Part shown: positions 30,918 to 41,588 of the stretch, piece by piece
Numbering within the stretch: position 1 is the first letter of the stretch
Layout of the letters: each line of letters starts with the position of its first letter
Origin: an uncultured Gammaproteobacteria bacterium
GTDB taxonomy: Bacteria > Pseudomonadota > Gammaproteobacteria > Steroidobacterales > Woeseiaceae
DNA length: 64,000 nucleotides
Direction: 5' to 3'
NCBI GenBank assembly: GCA_963807845.1
Contig: CAWEDS010000001.1
Location: forward strand, 32,368 to 96,367
The notes under the pieces: model-generated
Databases searched by the model: none
Told to the model about the DNA's origin: nothing
What the model saw: the letters and a program-made list of their open reading frames with translations, nothing else
Translations under genes and position numbers: made by a program

Positions 30918-31509
30918 TCAGGTGAAAGAGACTTCCGGTACGTCGCGCTTTCGTCTCCGATTCGATCTCGAGGAAACTGGCCAGTTCGAAGCTGAAAACG
31001 TTCGCGATCAGGTTGTTCGGGAAATTCTCCGCCGTATTGTTGTAGCCGAGTACCGCGTCGTTGAAAGCCTGGCGCGCAAATGCGACCTTGTTTTCGGTAC
31101 TGGCGAGTTCCTCCTGGAACTGCATCATGTTCTGATTCGCTTTCAGATCAGGATACGCTTCGGCCAGCGCGAACAGCCGGCCGAGCGCGCTGCCGAGCGC
31201 ACCTTCGGATGCACCGAGCTTCTTGATGGCCTCGGCATTGGCCGGGTCCGCCTTGGCGGCGTCGAGGCTGGAAACAGCGCTATTGCGTGCCTGGACAACG
31301 GCTTCGAGGGTTTCGCGCTCGTGCTTGATGTAGCCCTTGACCGCTTCGACGAGGTTGGGAATGAGGTCGTGTCGTCGCGTCAGCTGCACATCGATCTGCG
31401 CAAACCCGTTTCTGACGCGATTACGTTCGTTGATGAGGCGGTTGTAAATGCCGATGCCCCAGAACACAATCGCGGCAATCAAGCCCAGGAAAATCAGGAA
31501 TGAGGTCAC
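30918..31509 (-). pseudogene. lemA: LemA family protein, one frame break near the 3' end (~30955)
   Basis: N-terminal TM MTSFLIFLGLIAAIVFWGIGIYNRLI and QIDVQLTRRHDLIPNLV. The expected C-terminus KRDVPEVSFT-stop is in another frame, ending at 30918. Confidence 0.8.
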
Positions 31510-31557
31510 TGTCCAGCTCCTTACTCAAGCGTCAATCCGGCAAGCATAACTCCCGGC

Positions 31558-32535
31558 TTGGCCAAGACTAGCGGCGCTTTGCTGCTTTTGCCGGTTTCCT
31601 CGGTGCTGGCGGACTGGGTGGGCGATACGCGACCGCTGATGGGAACCGAGGTCAGCGTCTACTTGTGGAGCGACGATGCGGCGAACGGGCGGGGCGGTCG
31701 ACGCGGTATTCGCCGAGGCGATGCGTATCGACCGCCTCATGAGCACCTACAAGGAAGACAGCGAGATCTCGAAATCAACCGCCTCGCCGCCACGCAAGCG
31801 GTGGTCGCGGGCGAGGAGTTGTTCAGCCTGATCCAGCGCGCGCTGGATATTTCCGTGCTGACGCTGGGCGCGTTCGATATCACCTTCGACAGCGTCGGCC
31901 AGCATTACGATTTTCGTTCCCGGCAACGTCCCGATGCGGCGACCGTTGAGGCCGAGCGTGACAAGATCGATTATCGCTACGTGCGGCTCGACGCTGCCAC
32001 CGAGAGCGTGACGTTTCTGAAAGAAGGTGTGCGCATCAATCTCGGCGGCATCGCCAAAGGCTATGTCGTCGAGCGCGGCGTCAATATTCTGCGTCATCAC
32101 GGTGTGGAACACGCCATCGTGACGGCGGGCGGCGACTCACGACTGCTCGGTGATCGACGCGGTCGTCCATGGATGGTCGGCATTCGCGACCCGCGCGTCG
32201 ACGGCGAGGTCGCGATCTCTGTGCCGCTGGCAGACGAGGCCATTTCGACATCGGGCGACTACGAGCGGTTTTTTGACGAAGACGGCGTTCGCTACCATCA
32301 CATCATCCGGCCCGCTACCGGCGAGCCGGCGGGCGGCATCCGGAGTGCCACCGTTTTTGGACCCGATGCCGTCATCACCGACGCGCTGTCGACGTCGGTT
32401 TTCGTCATGGGCGTTGACCGCGGACTGACGCTGATCGCGACGCTGCCGGATTACGAGAGCATCGTCATCGACGCGGACGGCCGCGTCTATTACTCCGACG
32501 GGCTGCAGCAGCCCGGGCCCCCGGATGGCGAATAA
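31558..32535 (+). pseudogene. apbE: FAD:protein FMN transferase (ApbE family); compensated frame changes ~31690-31760
   Basis: LMGTEVSVYLW, INLGGIAKGY, AISTSGDYERFF and HHIIRPATGEP. TTG start at 31558 with a signal-like N-terminus. Confidence 0.8.
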
Positions 32536-32852
32536 ACCTCTCCGAAGCGGGTCTGTCGCCGAAAGGCGACGTTTTTTCGCTTTAAATTCAGCCTCATACA
32601 CCTATCATGGGCCCCGGGCAAGGGCGCGAAAACACCTTGGGCCAAACCTCGATTTAACGTAATCTGTGACGCTCGCTCGTGCGTGCCGCTGGCCGCGCGG
32701 CCTGCGCGCTCACTATGTTTTCGGATTCGGGGCATTTGTGACCATTATCACGGCCCGGAACGGCGTCGGCTGTCACCATTCGGGATTGGATCGTGGCGGC
32801 ACCGGCGCGGTTCAACGGACGGAACCGGGACAAGACAAAAAGGAATGGATAG

Positions 32853-33350
32853 ATGCATGTCAGAATCTTGTTTTTCGGTCTTGTCGCAAGCCTCGTGGCC
32901 ATGAGCAGTCTCGCGTCGTCCGGCATGGAAGGGCAGCCGGCGCCGGATTTTGCATTGCCAAGTGCACTCGGGGAGAACCTGAGGCTTTCGGAGTACCGCG
33001 GCGATGTCGTCATGATCAATTTCTGGGCAACCTGGTGCGGTCCGTGTCGCCAGGAGATGCCGTTGCTCGACGAGCTGTACACGCGTTACCAGCGTGTCGG
33101 ATTCAGTCTCCTCGGCGTCAATATCGACGACGACTCAACTCGTGCGGTGGCAATGATCAGGGATCTGGGCGTCAACTTTCCGGTCCTGTTCGATGCGGAC
33201 AAGGAGGTCAGCAAATTGTACGCCGTCGAGGCCATGCCGGTAACGGTTCTGGTCGATCGAGAGGGAACGGTCCGATATGTGCACAACGGTTACAAGCCCG
33301 GGTACGAAGAGAAATACCTGGATCAGATTCGCGCGTTGCTAAGAGAGTAG
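32853..33350 (+). CDS. TlpA-like periplasmic thiol:disulfide oxidoreductase (redoxin)
   Basis: Signal peptide and the thioredoxin motif INFWATWCGPCRQEMP. The ORF is intact. Confidence 0.85.
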   Translation: MHVRILFFGLVASLVAMSSLASSGMEGQPAPDFALPSALGENLRLSEYRGDVVMINFWATWCGPCRQEMPLLDELYTRYQRVGFSLLGVNIDDDSTRAVAMIRDLGVNFPVLFDADKEVSKLYAVEAMPVTVLVDREGTVRYVHNGYKPGYEEKYLDQIRALLRE

Positions 33351-33360
33351 AGCAGTGACA

Positions 33361-33976
33361 ATGACACTCGAGGGGGTCTCGCTGCCGAGACGGCTGCTGG
33401 CCGGTTTTCTGGCGACGCTCGTATTCAGCACCACGGTGCTTGCAGAGCAGGCAGCGCCGCTCGAGACGGACCGCGGCACTGCTCGAGGCGATCGCGGCAG
33501 AAGCGGCTGAGGCGAAATCGCGAGGCGAGTTCAGCAACCTCGACAAGGACGTGCAGGCCCTGAAGAAGGAAGTGCTCGACCTGAATCGCGATCTGTTCCT
33601 GCTGGAGGAGGAGCTGCTGTTCCCGGCGAATTCGCAGGTCGCGTTCTTCGTCTCGATGGATGTCGGCGAGTATTTCGAGCTCGACTCGGTCAACATCAAG
33701 ATCGACGGCAAGGACGTTGCAAACTATCTGTACACCGCGCGCGAGGCGGACGCGCTGCTGCGCGGCGGCGTTCATCGTGTGCACATGGCCAACCTGAAGA
33801 CCGGCAAGCACGAACTCATCGCAATTTTTACCGGCAAGGGACCGCAGGTTCGCGACTATCGTCGCGGCGCGACGGTGACCTTCGACAAGGGCATCGGTTC
33901 GAAGTACCTCGAGCTGGAAATTACCGACCGCGTCAGGAAGCAGCAGCCGGAATTTGCCATCAAGGAATGGGAGTGA
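33361..33976 (+). pseudogene. secreted protein (coiled coil plus beta-rich C-terminal domain), family not recognised; one frame break ~33468
   Basis: Signal peptide MTLEGVSLPRRLLAGFLATLVFSTTVLAEQ in one frame, the remainder in ORF 33440..33976. It starts 10 nt after the redoxin stop. Confidence 0.6.
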
Positions 33977-33979
33977 TCT

Positions 33980-35865
33980 TTGCCAACGGATTGCTCACCA
34001 CGTAAGCGCCTCGGTCTGCTGTTGGCGCTGCTCGCGCTGACCGCAATCGTTAACGCAGCAGACGACACGCGTACCCCGATCGTTGTGCGAGGACCCGCAT
34101 TACGGCGAGGTCCTTTTCTATTTTTACCAGGAAGACTATTTTCCGGCCATCGTCCGCGTGCTGGCGGCACAGAGAACAGGGGCAGCTCGACAATCACAGG
34201 GACGAGGCGGAGCTGCTGCTTGGCGGCATGTATCTGTCCTACGGTCAGCATCTCGAGGCGGCCGAAATATTCGAGCGCCTGCTTGCGAACAATGCCGCGC
34301 CCGGATATTCGCGACCGCACCTGGTTTTTCCTTGCCAAGATCTGGTACCAGCGCGGCTACCTCGACCGGTCACAGCAGGCGCTCGCCAACATCGAGCGCG
34401 AACTGCCGGAGCATCTTGCAGCGCGAGGCGCTGATGCTCGAGGCGCAGATCCTGATCGACGCCGGCGAATACGATGCGGCGATCGCCCGGCTGCAAAACT
34501 GGCAGGGAAAGACGGAGTGGGCGAGTTACGCGAAGTTCAATCTCGGCGTGGCGCTGGTGCGGCTAGGTCGAGTCGACGAAGCCGCGCGCCTGCTGGGTGA
34601 TCTCGGCACAATGGACCCGTTCAACGACGAAATGATGTCCCTGCGCGACAAGGCGAACCTCGCACTCGGCTACGCGCTGCTGCAGGACGGCCAGGCGCGG
34701 GCGGCGAAGACGTCGTTGCAGCGAGTGCGACTGGAGGGGCCGTTTTCCAACAAGGCGCTGCTGGGCGTCGGCTGGGCCGATGCTGAAATGGACAATTACC
34801 GCCGGGCGCTGGTGCCGTGGATGGAACTTGCGCGGCCGCGACCTGCTGGACTCGGCGGTGCAGGAAGTCGATGCTCGCAATTCCTTACGCAATGGCCAAG
34901 CTCGATTCGATCAGCCAGGCCGCCGACCATTACCTGAACGCGATCGAGGCCTTTCACGAAGAGACCAATCGCCTCGATCGCACCATCCGGCACATTGAAT
35001 CGGGCGATTTTTTCGACGACTTTCTCGCAGACGATCCGCTGGACGGCACCGGCTGGTACTGGCGTCTCGAGGAGCTGCCGGAGGGCCCGGAAGCGCGCTA
35101 CCTGTTTCATTTGCTGGCAACGCACGAGTTCCAGGAAGGCCTGAAGAACTACCGCGACCTCAACTATCTGTACAACAACCTCAATGACTGGCAGCGCAAC
35201 ATCGACGTCTATGAGCAACATGCTCGAGACGCGCAAAGAGGCCTACGCGGCACGTCTGCCGCGCGTCGAGGACGCGCTTGCACGCGCGGATCCTGGATGA
35301 CATGGTCGATCGCAAGCTCGAGTTCGATTCGACGCTGAACAACATTGAACAGCAGCAATGACTGGCTGGCGCTCGCGACGCCGAACGGAGTTCGACATGT
35401 GGGGCGAAATTTCGGGACTGGAAGCGACGCCGGCGCTGCAGGCAGACATTCCGGAAGCGGCCGAGGCGCGTGACAGGATTCGCTTGTTGAAAGGCGTGCT
35501 GCAGTGGGATCTGGAGCGCGACTTCAAGGATCGCCTGTGGCGCATCCGGCGAGATCTCCGCCAGACCGGCGAGGCGCTGGTCGAGACGCAGCGGTCTCGA
35601 CGCCAGATCGACCAGACGCATGGAGCTGCAGCCGCAGCGCTTCGACGCGATCGGTCAGCGCGTTGACGGACTGGAACCGCGTATCGAAAGCACCAAGATG
35701 CGGCTCGAAGACGTCCTGGCGAGGCAGCGCGCGTTTCTGCAGTCGATCGCGGTTGGCGAGCTGCAGGCTCAGAAGGAGCGACTCAATATTTACACGGTGC
35801 AGGCACGTTTCGCGCTCGCCGCAATTTACGATATTGCCGCTAACTCGGACGGTGAGGCGCAATGA
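33980..35865 (+). pseudogene. ~630-codon secreted TPR plus coiled-coil protein, many frame changes
   Basis: Signal peptide ...RLGLLLALLALTAIVNAA. TPR-like DPHYGEVLFYFYQEDYFPAI, WFFLAKIWYQRGYLD and LMLEAQILIDAGEYDAAIARL, then a coiled coil. The pieces lie in ORFs 33980, 34083, 34228, 34817, 35358 and 35620. Confidence 0.6.
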
Positions 35866-38690
35866 GGCTGGCCCGCTACCTGCTGCTTGTCTCGCTCGGG
35901 CTCGCGCTGTCGACGCCTGCCGTCGCGGACAAGTTAAAGAAAAAGGACACGATCAAGAGCCTGGAAAGAAAGTCCGTCACGCTGCGGCCGGGAAATATCT
36001 TCCTCGATAGCTCGATCTCGCGCGCGACAATTATCGGCAGTTTCTCGATCTCGTGTCGGACGATCCGGAGCTGCGTGCGGAAGCGATGCGACGTCTCGGT
36101 GATCTGGAACTGGAGGCGAACGAAGCGGGCGAGCTCGTGGAGAACATCGAATCACTCGATGCCGCGCGCTACGACAGCGCCGTGAATCTGTACCAGCAGC
36201 TGCTCGAAGCGTATCCCGACTATCGACGCAACGACACGGTGCTCTACCAGCTGGCTCGCGCGTACGAAGTTGGCGGGCGTACTGACGATGCGCTCCAAGT
36301 ACTCGATGAGCTCGTCGCCAAATTTCCGGACACCGCGCTCATTGACGAGGTGCAGTTCCGCCGCGGTGAAATGCTGTTCTTGCGCAAGCGCTACAACGAT
36401 GCCGAGGTGGCTTATCAGGCCGTCAGAAAATACGGTGACGCATCGCGCTTTTATGAGCAGTCCCTGTACAAGTTGGGATGGTCGCAGTTCAAGCTGGCCT
36501 GGCATGAGGACAGCCTCGACCCGTTCTTCGAACTGCTGGATCGCAAGATCGAAGGCGTCGAGATTGGCGAAGGTGACAAGAGGCTTGCCAGCCTGAAGCG
36601 CGCGGAACGCGAGCTGGTCGAAGATACGTTTCGCGTGCTGAGTATCAGTTTCTCCTACATGGACGGGCCGCAGAGCATCGCAGAGTTCCTCAAAGAGCGT
36701 CAGGACCCGGCCTACGGCCACGTTATTTACCGCAATCTCGGCGACCTGTACCTCGAGAAAGAGCGTTTTGTCGATGCGGCCAAAACCTACGAGGCATTTG
36801 TCGAGCAGGATCCGTTTCATCCCGAAGGCGCCGCTGCTGCAGGTGGAGGTCATCGAGGCCTACAAGCAGGGCGGATTCCCCGAGTCTGGTGCTGGACGGC
36901 AAGCGGGCTTTCGTCGAGCGCTACGGTATGGACGGCGAGTTCTGGGTGCGCAATCCGATGGCGGGCAATCGAGGCGGTCGCCTCCTACCTCAAGTCCAAT
37001 CTCACTGATCTCGCGCAGTATTACCACGCCGAGGCGCAGCGCGGCGGCAACAAGAGCGACTACCAGCAGGCTGCAAACTGGTACCGGAAGTACCTCGCCT
37101 ATTTCCCCGGCGAGCCCGACAGCGCCAACACCAACTTCCTGCTGGCCGAAACGCTGTACGAGATCGAGGACTATCGCGGCCGCGACGGCCGAGTACGAGC
37201 GCAGCGCCTACGGCTACGGTCCGCATGACAAGGCGGCCGAGGCCGGCTACGCCGCGCTGTTCGTCGTATCGCGAACACGAGCAATTGCTGGCTGGCCGAG
37301 CCGAGAAACGCGTGGCACCAGCAGTACCTGGACAGTGGCCTGCGGTTTGCCGATACGTTTCCCGAGCATCCGGCAGTCCGGCGCGGTGCTGACGACGGTC
37401 GCCGAAGACCTGTTCGCACAAAACCAGTTCGACCTGGCGATCGCGGTCGGCCAGACCGTCGTGGCCAAGCAGCCGCCGGTCGAGTGCGACGCTCGCGCGT
37501 ACTGCCTGGACCGTGATCGCGCATTCGCAGTTCGACCTCGGGAACTTCCGCCAGGCCGAGGACGCCTATTACAGCCTGCGGAATTTCCTGCCTGACGCTG
37601 ACCCGCAGGCCGCCCGGGACATCGACGATCGCATTGCTTCCTCTATTTACAAGCAGGGTGAGAAGGCGCGCGAGCGCCGGGGACCTGGAAACCGCGGTCG
37701 TGCACTTTACGCGCCTCGGTCAGGTGGTCCCGAATTCCGACATTCGCGCAACGGCCGAATACGATGCGGCGGCCGCGCTGATCAATTTGCAGGCCTGGGA
37801 TCGTGCATCCGGCATGCTCGAACATTTTCGCAGCGACTACCCGGACAGCGAGTTTGCCGACGACGTCACGCGAAAAACTCGCCGTGACCTATCTCGAATC
37901 GGGCCAGGCGGAGCAGGCGGCGGCCGAGTTCGAGCGAATTGCCACAGCGGAATCGACGTGCTGACGACGTGCGTCGCGAGGCGCTGTGGAAAGCCGTCGG
38001 ATCTTTACAAACAGACCGGCGGCGCTCGCCAGCGAGCAGCGTGTTCTGGACAACATCATTGCGCGCTACCCGAGCCCGATCGCGGAGTCGGTCGAAGCGC
38101 GCTTTCGCCTGCTCGAAATCGCGCGGCAAAGCGGTAACGATCAGGAGCGCGTTGCGCGCTTGCAGGACCTGGTGCGGGTGGACGCGACAGCCGGCGCCGA
38201 GCGAACGGATCGCACGCGTTTTCTCGCAGCCGTTGCGTCGCTCGAACTCGCCGATCCGGTCCGCGAACGTTTCGCCGTTGTGAAACTGACCCAGCCGCTG
38301 GCGAGCAGCCTCAAGCTCAAGAAGTCGTTGATGGAAGAGGTCATTTCGGCCTATACCAATGCGGCCGACTATGGTGTCGCGGAGGTGACGACGGCCGCGA
38401 CGTTTCGACTCGGCGAAGTCTACGAGCACTTCAGCTCCGACCTGATGGCATCCGATCGACCGGCGGACCTCGATGCCGATGCGCTGGAGCAGTACGAGTT
38501 GCTGCTCGAGGAACAGACGTTTCCTTTCGAGGAAAAGGCGATCGAACTCTACAAAGCGAACACGGACCGCGCGGCCGACGGCGTTTACGATGAATGGGTG
38601 CAAAAAAGTTTTGCACGACTGGCCGGTCTGATACCGGCCCGGTACGCGAAACAGGAGCGCAGCGAAGATGTTGTCACGACGCTTTACTAG
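35862..38690 (+). pseudogene. ~940-codon secreted TPR protein, many frame changes
   Basis: Signal peptide MRLARYLLLVSLGLALSTPAVA. TPR-like repeats (NLYQQLLEAYPDYRRNDTVLYQLARAYEVGG, FRRGEMLFLRKRYNDAEVAY ...) lie across ORFs 36053, 36768, 37513, 37634 and 37986. The start overlaps the previous stop (ATGA). Confidence 0.6.
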
Positions 38691-39330
38691 CGTCGGGCGT
38701 ATCGCCGGCGGCCTGGTGGCATTGCTGCTACTGGGTGCCTGCGCGGGGCTTGCTGCCCGAGAAGGCACCGGATTCGGCCCGGGAACGCGCGGACGCCGGC
38801 CAGCGGGGTCGAGGCCGCGAGCAGGGATGCCGGGGTTCCGCCACGGGTCCTGACACTGTACGAGCAGGCCGGCGGCCCAATGGCGGCCGGCGATGTCCTC
38901 GACGCCGAGTTGCGTTTCAAGGAGTTCCTGCTGCAGTACCCGGAGTATCCGGGTGCCTACGTCAACCTCGCCATCATCCATGCGAACAACGACAACGACG
39001 AGCGGCCGCGATCAGGCGGCTTGACGCCGCACTGGCGCTCGAATCCGGACCATCCGGCCGCGCTGAATCAGCACGGCATGCTGTTTCGCAGAAACGGCAA
39101 ATTTATCGAGGCAGAGGCCGCATATATGAAGGCCGTCACAGTTGACCCCGACTATGCCTTGGCACACTACAACCTGGGCGTACTGAATGAGCTCTACCTG
39201 CAAGCGCCTCGATGTCGCACTGCAGCATTTCGAGGATTATCAGGCACTTGTCGGTGAAGACAAGCAGGTCGCGAAGTGGATCAACGACCTCCGGCGTCGC
39301 GTCGCGGCGGCCGAGAACACGGCAAGTTGA
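38668..39330 (+). pseudogene. TPR lipoprotein, at least two frame changes
   Basis: Lipobox LLLGAC in MLSRRFTSVGRIAGGLVALLLLGACAG. TPRs EFLLQYPEYPGAYVNLAIIH and KAVTVDPDYALAHYNLGVL. The end ...VAAAENTAS-stop is at 39330. Confidence 0.6.
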
Positions 39331-39343
39331 CGGATTGACGGAC

Positions 39344-39787
39344 ATGACCATGCCAAGAAATGCCTTTATCGCCCCGCACTACTGCTGGCACTGCTGCTGG
39401 CTGTCGGCTGCCGGCATCGCCCAGGAGGCGGCCGAGGACGACCTGCTGCCGGCGGTCGATACGTCGGCCGTGGCGCCAGGAGCCTCGAAGACGCTGCCGC
39501 CGCCGGCGTCGGCCGACGCGGCCGCCGTTCGCCGAGGTAACGCGCGCGCACGACGGGCAGCCGAGGTCATGGACACGATCGAGCTTGGACGTACCGAGAT
39601 TACCGGTAACCAGGAATTACCCAAGGTCTTGTATATCGTGCCCTGGAAAAAATCGGACCCAGGCGACCTGATGGGCAAGCCGGTCAACAGCCTGCTCGAC
39701 GAGGTGCTGGCGCCGATCGACAGGGAAGAATTCATACGACAGGTCGATTACTACGGCGACCTTTATGGCGAAGAGGTACAGGAGTAA
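39344..39787 (+). pseudogene. small acidic secreted protein, family not recognised; signal peptide frame-shifted
   Basis: MTMPRNAF... with ALLLALLLAVG visible in another frame. The mature part is in ORF 39212..39787 (ELPKVLYIVPWKKSDPGDL ... EEFIRQVDYYGDLYGEEVQE). Confidence 0.5.
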
Positions 39788-39865
39788 GCGCGGTCCAGCC
39801 GCAATTGCCCTGCGAAAGCGGCGTAGCCGCGAAACAGAAATTCTGTTTTTTAGAGGAGCAGACAG

Positions 39866-40507
39866 ATGAGCACTATTGTGCGGTTTTTTCAGGACGGCGG
39901 TGCATTCATGTACCCGATCCTGTTTGTATTTGCGATAGGCGCGGCGATCGCTATCGAGCGCTGGACTTACCTGACGGTGTCGGGCGTCAGCAATCGCGCC
40001 TTGTGGAAGAAGATCGTGCCGTTTCTGAAGGCCGGCAACTTCGAGAAGGCGGTCGAGCAAACGTCCAAGTCCAAAGCGGCGATCGGCTCGATCCTGACCT
40101 ACGGGCTTTACCGCATCAAGACGGCGCGTCGTCGCGACGACATCGAAAAAGCGATGGAAGAGAGCATGATGGAGGTGCTGCCGCGGCTTGAGAAGCGCAC
40201 GCATTACATTGCGACGCTGGCCAATGTTGCGACGCTGCTGGGTCTGCTTGGCACGATTATCGGCCTGATCAACGCGTTTACGGCCGTCTCGAACGCCAAT
40301 CCCGCGGACAAGGCCGATATGCTGTCGGCCAGTATCTCGGTCGCGATGAACACGACGGCGTTCGGCCTGATGGCCGCGATTCCGTTGTTGCTCGTACACG
40401 CGTTGCTGCAGACCAAAACCAACGGACTGGTCGACAGCCTCGAGATGGCGATCGTCAAGTTTCTGAACGCGGTAACCGAACGACAGCCGCAGACCGCTGG
40501 AGCGTAA
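39866..40507 (+). CDS. exbB: MotA/TolQ/ExbB-family proton channel protein
   Basis: Intact 213-aa ORF with GGAFMYPILFVFAIGAAIAIER and ATLANVATLLGLLGTIIGLINAF. Confidence 0.85.
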   Translation: MSTIVRFFQDGGAFMYPILFVFAIGAAIAIERWTYLTVSGVSNRALWKKIVPFLKAGNFEKAVEQTSKSKAAIGSILTYGLYRIKTARRRDDIEKAMEESMMEVLPRLEKRTHYIATLANVATLLGLLGTIIGLINAFTAVSNANPADKADMLSASISVAMNTTAFGLMAAIPLLLVHALLQTKTNGLVDSLEMAIVKFLNAVTERQPQTAGA

Positions 40508-40510
40508 GCC

Positions 40511-41023
40511 ATGATGTCTCGCCGCCGAGGCAGTCGTCATTACCGCAATGATACGGCCGAACTCAACATTACGGCATTCATGAACCTGATGGTGATCCTG
40601 GTTCCGTTCCTGCTGATTACCGCGGTGTTCTCGCGACTGGCGATTCTCGAGTTGAATCTGCCAGGCTCCTCTACCGAGCCCGTGGACCCGCAGGAACAGG
40701 TATTTCAACTGGAAGTCATCGTTCGCGAGGAGAAGATCGAAGTCGGCGATCGCAATCAGGGCCTGCTCGGCGTCTACCCGAACGGCGAAGACGGCTACGA
40801 CTACGACGCGCTAAAGGCCAAGCTGTCTGAACTGAAGGAAAGATACCCGGCGAAATCGGATGCCTCGATCCTGCTCGAGCAGGACATCCCTTACGACACG
40901 CTGGTGCAGGTAATGGACGCGGTGCGGGTGGCCGAAACGATCGACGACGAATCGGTCGTGCGCTCCGACCTGTTCCCGGATATTTCGATCGGCGATGCGC
41001 CGGTTGCGGACGAGGGGGCGTAG
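40511..41023 (+). CDS. exbD: ExbD/TolR-family biopolymer transport protein
   Basis: Intact 170-aa ORF. ELNITAFMNLMVILVPFLL TM segment followed by a periplasmic domain. Confidence 0.85.
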   Translation: MMSRRRGSRHYRNDTAELNITAFMNLMVILVPFLLITAVFSRLAILELNLPGSSTEPVDPQEQVFQLEVIVREEKIEVGDRNQGLLGVYPNGEDGYDYDALKAKLSELKERYPAKSDASILLEQDIPYDTLVQVMDAVRVAETIDDESVVRSDLFPDISIGDAPVADEGA

Positions 41024-41054
41024 GCAATGGCCACGTCAGCGCCGCGTCAAACGC

Positions 41055-41557
41055 ATGGAGAAACACCACAAGCGCCACAAAGGCACCGGTGCCCTGAACC
41101 TGGTATCGCTGATGGACATTTTTACGATCCTGGTGTTCTTCCTGCTGGTTAATTCGTCCGACGTGCAGACGCTGCCGAATGCAAAGGACCTGCAGCTACC
41201 GCAATCGATCGCCGAGGAGAAGGCCAAGGAGACCGTGGTCATCCTGATCGGTGAGACCGACATCATCGTGCAGGGCACGCCGGTGGCCAAGGTGGCCGAC
41301 GTCATGGCAACCAAGGGCAACAACATTCCGGCGTTGCGCGCGGCGCTTGCTGGCGCAGAACGATCGCGTGCTGCGGCGCGAGGCAGAAGACGATATTGCG
41401 GGACGGGAGGTCACGATCATGGGTGACAAGGACATACCGTACCGTTTGCTGAAGAAGGTCATGGCGACCTGCACCGAATCGGACTTACGGAAAGATTTCG
41501 CTGGCGGTGCTGCAGAAGAGTTCAGAGAAGCTGGACGATATTCAGGCAGCTCGCTAG
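41055..41557 (+). pseudogene. exbD: second ExbD/TolR-family protein, two frame changes
   Basis: MEKHHKRHKGTGALNLVSLMDIFTILVFFLLV... It continues in ORF 41251..41574 (REVTIMGDKDIPYRLLKKVM), and the last part GKISLAVLQKSS... is in a third frame ending at TAG 41555-41557. Confidence 0.7.
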
Positions 41558-41588
41558 GCACAGGGACGACGTAACAGGAGTCGCGGCA

